Shown in pieces: positions 62,607 through 64,000 of a DNA stretch of 64,000 nt. The DNA lies in assembly GCA_030593295.1 (NCBI GenBank), contig JAUVHO010000003.1:22164-86163 (forward strand). Direction: 5' to 3'. A model generated the notes under the pieces. It saw nothing but the letters and a program-made list of their open reading frames with translations, was not told the origin of the DNA and ran no database searches. The first letter of the stretch is position 1; each line of letters opens with the position of its first letter. A program made the translations under genes and the position numbers. Origin of the DNA: Methanomassiliicoccales archaeon (lineage in GTDB: Archaea > Thermoplasmatota > Thermoplasmata > RBG-16-68-12 > SOIM01).

Positions 62607-63821
62607 ATGAAGCTCTTGCAGCTGGCTCCCCACATATGGAGGAGGCAAGTAGACGGCATGCCCATCGGATTCCTTACTCAGAGGGAGTTCGTCAGGCATG
62701 GGCACGAGGTGCACTATCTTATCCCAGGAGACAAGGAGAAATATCGGGAGCATGAGGGCATCAAGATACACCGCTTCTGGATGCCGATGTATGAAAGAAG
62801 GCCGACCAGGTTTGGAAGAGGTTTGTGGTGGCTAGTGTCGAGAATACAGTGGTTCTCCTTCGTCTTCTTTGGTTCCGTCAGCATGGCTCGCCTTGCCAAG
62901 AAGATTCAACCAGATGTGGTTTACGGACATGGTACGTTGTGCGTGCCCCCTGCTTTCTTAGTGGCGAAACTCCGGGGGATACCGAACATAACCAGAACCT
63001 ACGGATTTGTGTTTGCCAGAAAGTACACGAGATTTCAACATCTCCTGAATTTCGACTTCGCTCTCACTTTGATGCTTCCTGCGGCGGCTTACATCATTGG
63101 TGATGACGCAACCTGTGTGAAGCAATTGTCCAGTAGATTCGGAGTGCCTGTGGATAGGGCCTATTTTTGGGTTGGTGGGCATGAAAAGAACCCTGTGAAG
63201 GAGGGCTTCAATCCAGATGCATTTCGAGAGTCCCTTGGGCTGACCAAGGAATCCAAAGTCATACTGACTGTAGCATCCTTGACAAGGTTGAAAGGCACAC
63301 ATCATGTTGTGAGTGCCTTCTCAAAGGTTGTTGATAGACATCCAAATGCTGTGCATGTCGTTGTTGGGAATGGTCCTCAGATGAATAACCTCAAGAAGCA
63401 AGCCTCTGAACTTGGTGTTGCTGACCGGGTATTATTTGTTGGGAGAGTCCCCCACAACGAGGTCTGGAAATACATGGCCATTGCGGATATCGTTCCTGCC
63501 CTCTGGTCCATTGGACCCCTTTTTGAGGCTATGTTAGTGGGCAAATGCGCCATCACGATAAACATAGGTGAGACCGAAAGGTTCATTCAAAACAGGAAGA
63601 ATGGCATCTTGATTGAAGAGGAAGACGTGGGAAAGCTCCACGAAATCATCAACGAGCTCTTAGACGACGACTCTCTCAGATTTAATCTTGCTGAGAACGG
63701 GAAGAAATGGGCGCTTGAGAATCTGGATACATGGGAGGAGAGAGTCCAAAAGGAGGTCAGGATGGTCGAGGGCGTTGTGGAAGAATGGGAATCAGAATCA
63801 GGTCAAAGGCTATCCACGTAG
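62607..63821 (+). CDS. Glycosyltransferase family 4 (GT-B)
   Basis: 'MKLLQLAPHIWRRQVDGMPIG', 'LTVASLTRLKGTHHVV', 'LFEAMLVGKCAITINIGE'. Ends in TAG. Confidence 0.82.
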   Translation: MKLLQLAPHIWRRQVDGMPIGFLTQREFVRHGHEVHYLIPGDKEKYREHEGIKIHRFWMPMYERRPTRFGRGLWWLVSRIQWFSFVFFGSVSMARLAKKIQPDVVYGHGTLCVPPAFLVAKLRGIPNITRTYGFVFARKYTRFQHLLNFDFALTLMLPAAAYIIGDDATCVKQLSSRFGVPVDRAYFWVGGHEKNPVKEGFNPDAFRESLGLTKESKVILTVASLTRLKGTHHVVSAFSKVVDRHPNAVHVVVGNGPQMNNLKKQASELGVADRVLFVGRVPHNEVWKYMAIADIVPALWSIGPLFEAMLVGKCAITINIGETERFIQNRKNGILIEEEDVGKLHEIINELLDDDSLRFNLAENGKKWALENLDTWEERVQKEVRMVEGVVEEWESESGQRLST

Positions 63822-64000
63822 AAATGTGTCCACTGTGATCTCCAGACCTTTTCTCATGTTGTACTTGGGTTCGAACCCCATCAGTTCTTTCGCCTTGGAG
63901 ATCTCCGCCCACGAGTCCCTTATCTCCCCCGGTCTTGGCGGAACATGCTCCACACCTGTCTTCTCACCGACAAACTCGAACACCATTTGTGCAAGATTAT
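63810..64000 (-). CDS. 3' end of an NAD-dependent sugar epimerase/dehydratase gene (partial, continues beyond the window)
   Basis: My own reverse-strand translation gives '...VEHVPPRPGEIRDSWAEISKAKELMGFEPKYNMRKGLEITVDTFLRG*', a typical GalE/SDR C-terminus. It overlaps the convergent GT4 by 12 nt. It is absent from the ORF track because its start lies outside the window. Confidence 0.7.
   Translation of the reverse strand, partial: NLAQMVFEFVGEKTGVEHVPPRPGEIRDSWAEISKAKELMGFEPKYNMRKGLEITVDTFLRG

Overview
Archaeal chromosomal segment. The archaeal call rests on the PriS primase small subunit, ThyX, prefoldin alpha, ribosomal protein LX, FtsY, AT-rich TATA-like boxes about 25-45 nt upstream of starts, and GGAGG/GGGGG Shine-Dalgarno-like motifs. 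I cannot assign a lineage from sequence alone. About three quarters of the window is devoted to the cell envelope. (1) 0.3-15.5 kb holds GalU, 2 GT2, 5 GT4, a Wzx-like flippase, a GT-C-like polytopic protein, a fused Alg14/Alg13-like transferase and an AglH/Alg7-like GlcNAc-1-P transferase. (2) 15.6-27 kb is a housekeeping block: rhomboid, pcm, TraB-family, thyX, priS, a TPR protein, rplX-pfdA-ftsY. (3) 27-35 kb holds more GT2/GT4 genes, a GNAT, a deacetylase-like protein and AsnB. (4) 35.4-60.2 kb is the most unusual part. Six large paralogous surface-protein genes, plus one truncated remnant, all start with an internally repetitive five-bladed beta-propeller. The propeller is mounted on three different stalk architectures: PKD plus a helical module, FN3-X-FN3-X, and 6-7 FN3 repeats plus a TM anchor and acidic tail. 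Each architecture is present twice. (5) 50.6-64 kb is a lower-GC sugar-modification sub-cluster showing decay: a heavily disrupted asnB pseudogene and an epimerase gene with no canonical start codon. No rRNA, tRNA, CRISPR array, transposase or integrase was recognised. All functional calls come from motif recognition by eye; no database search was run.
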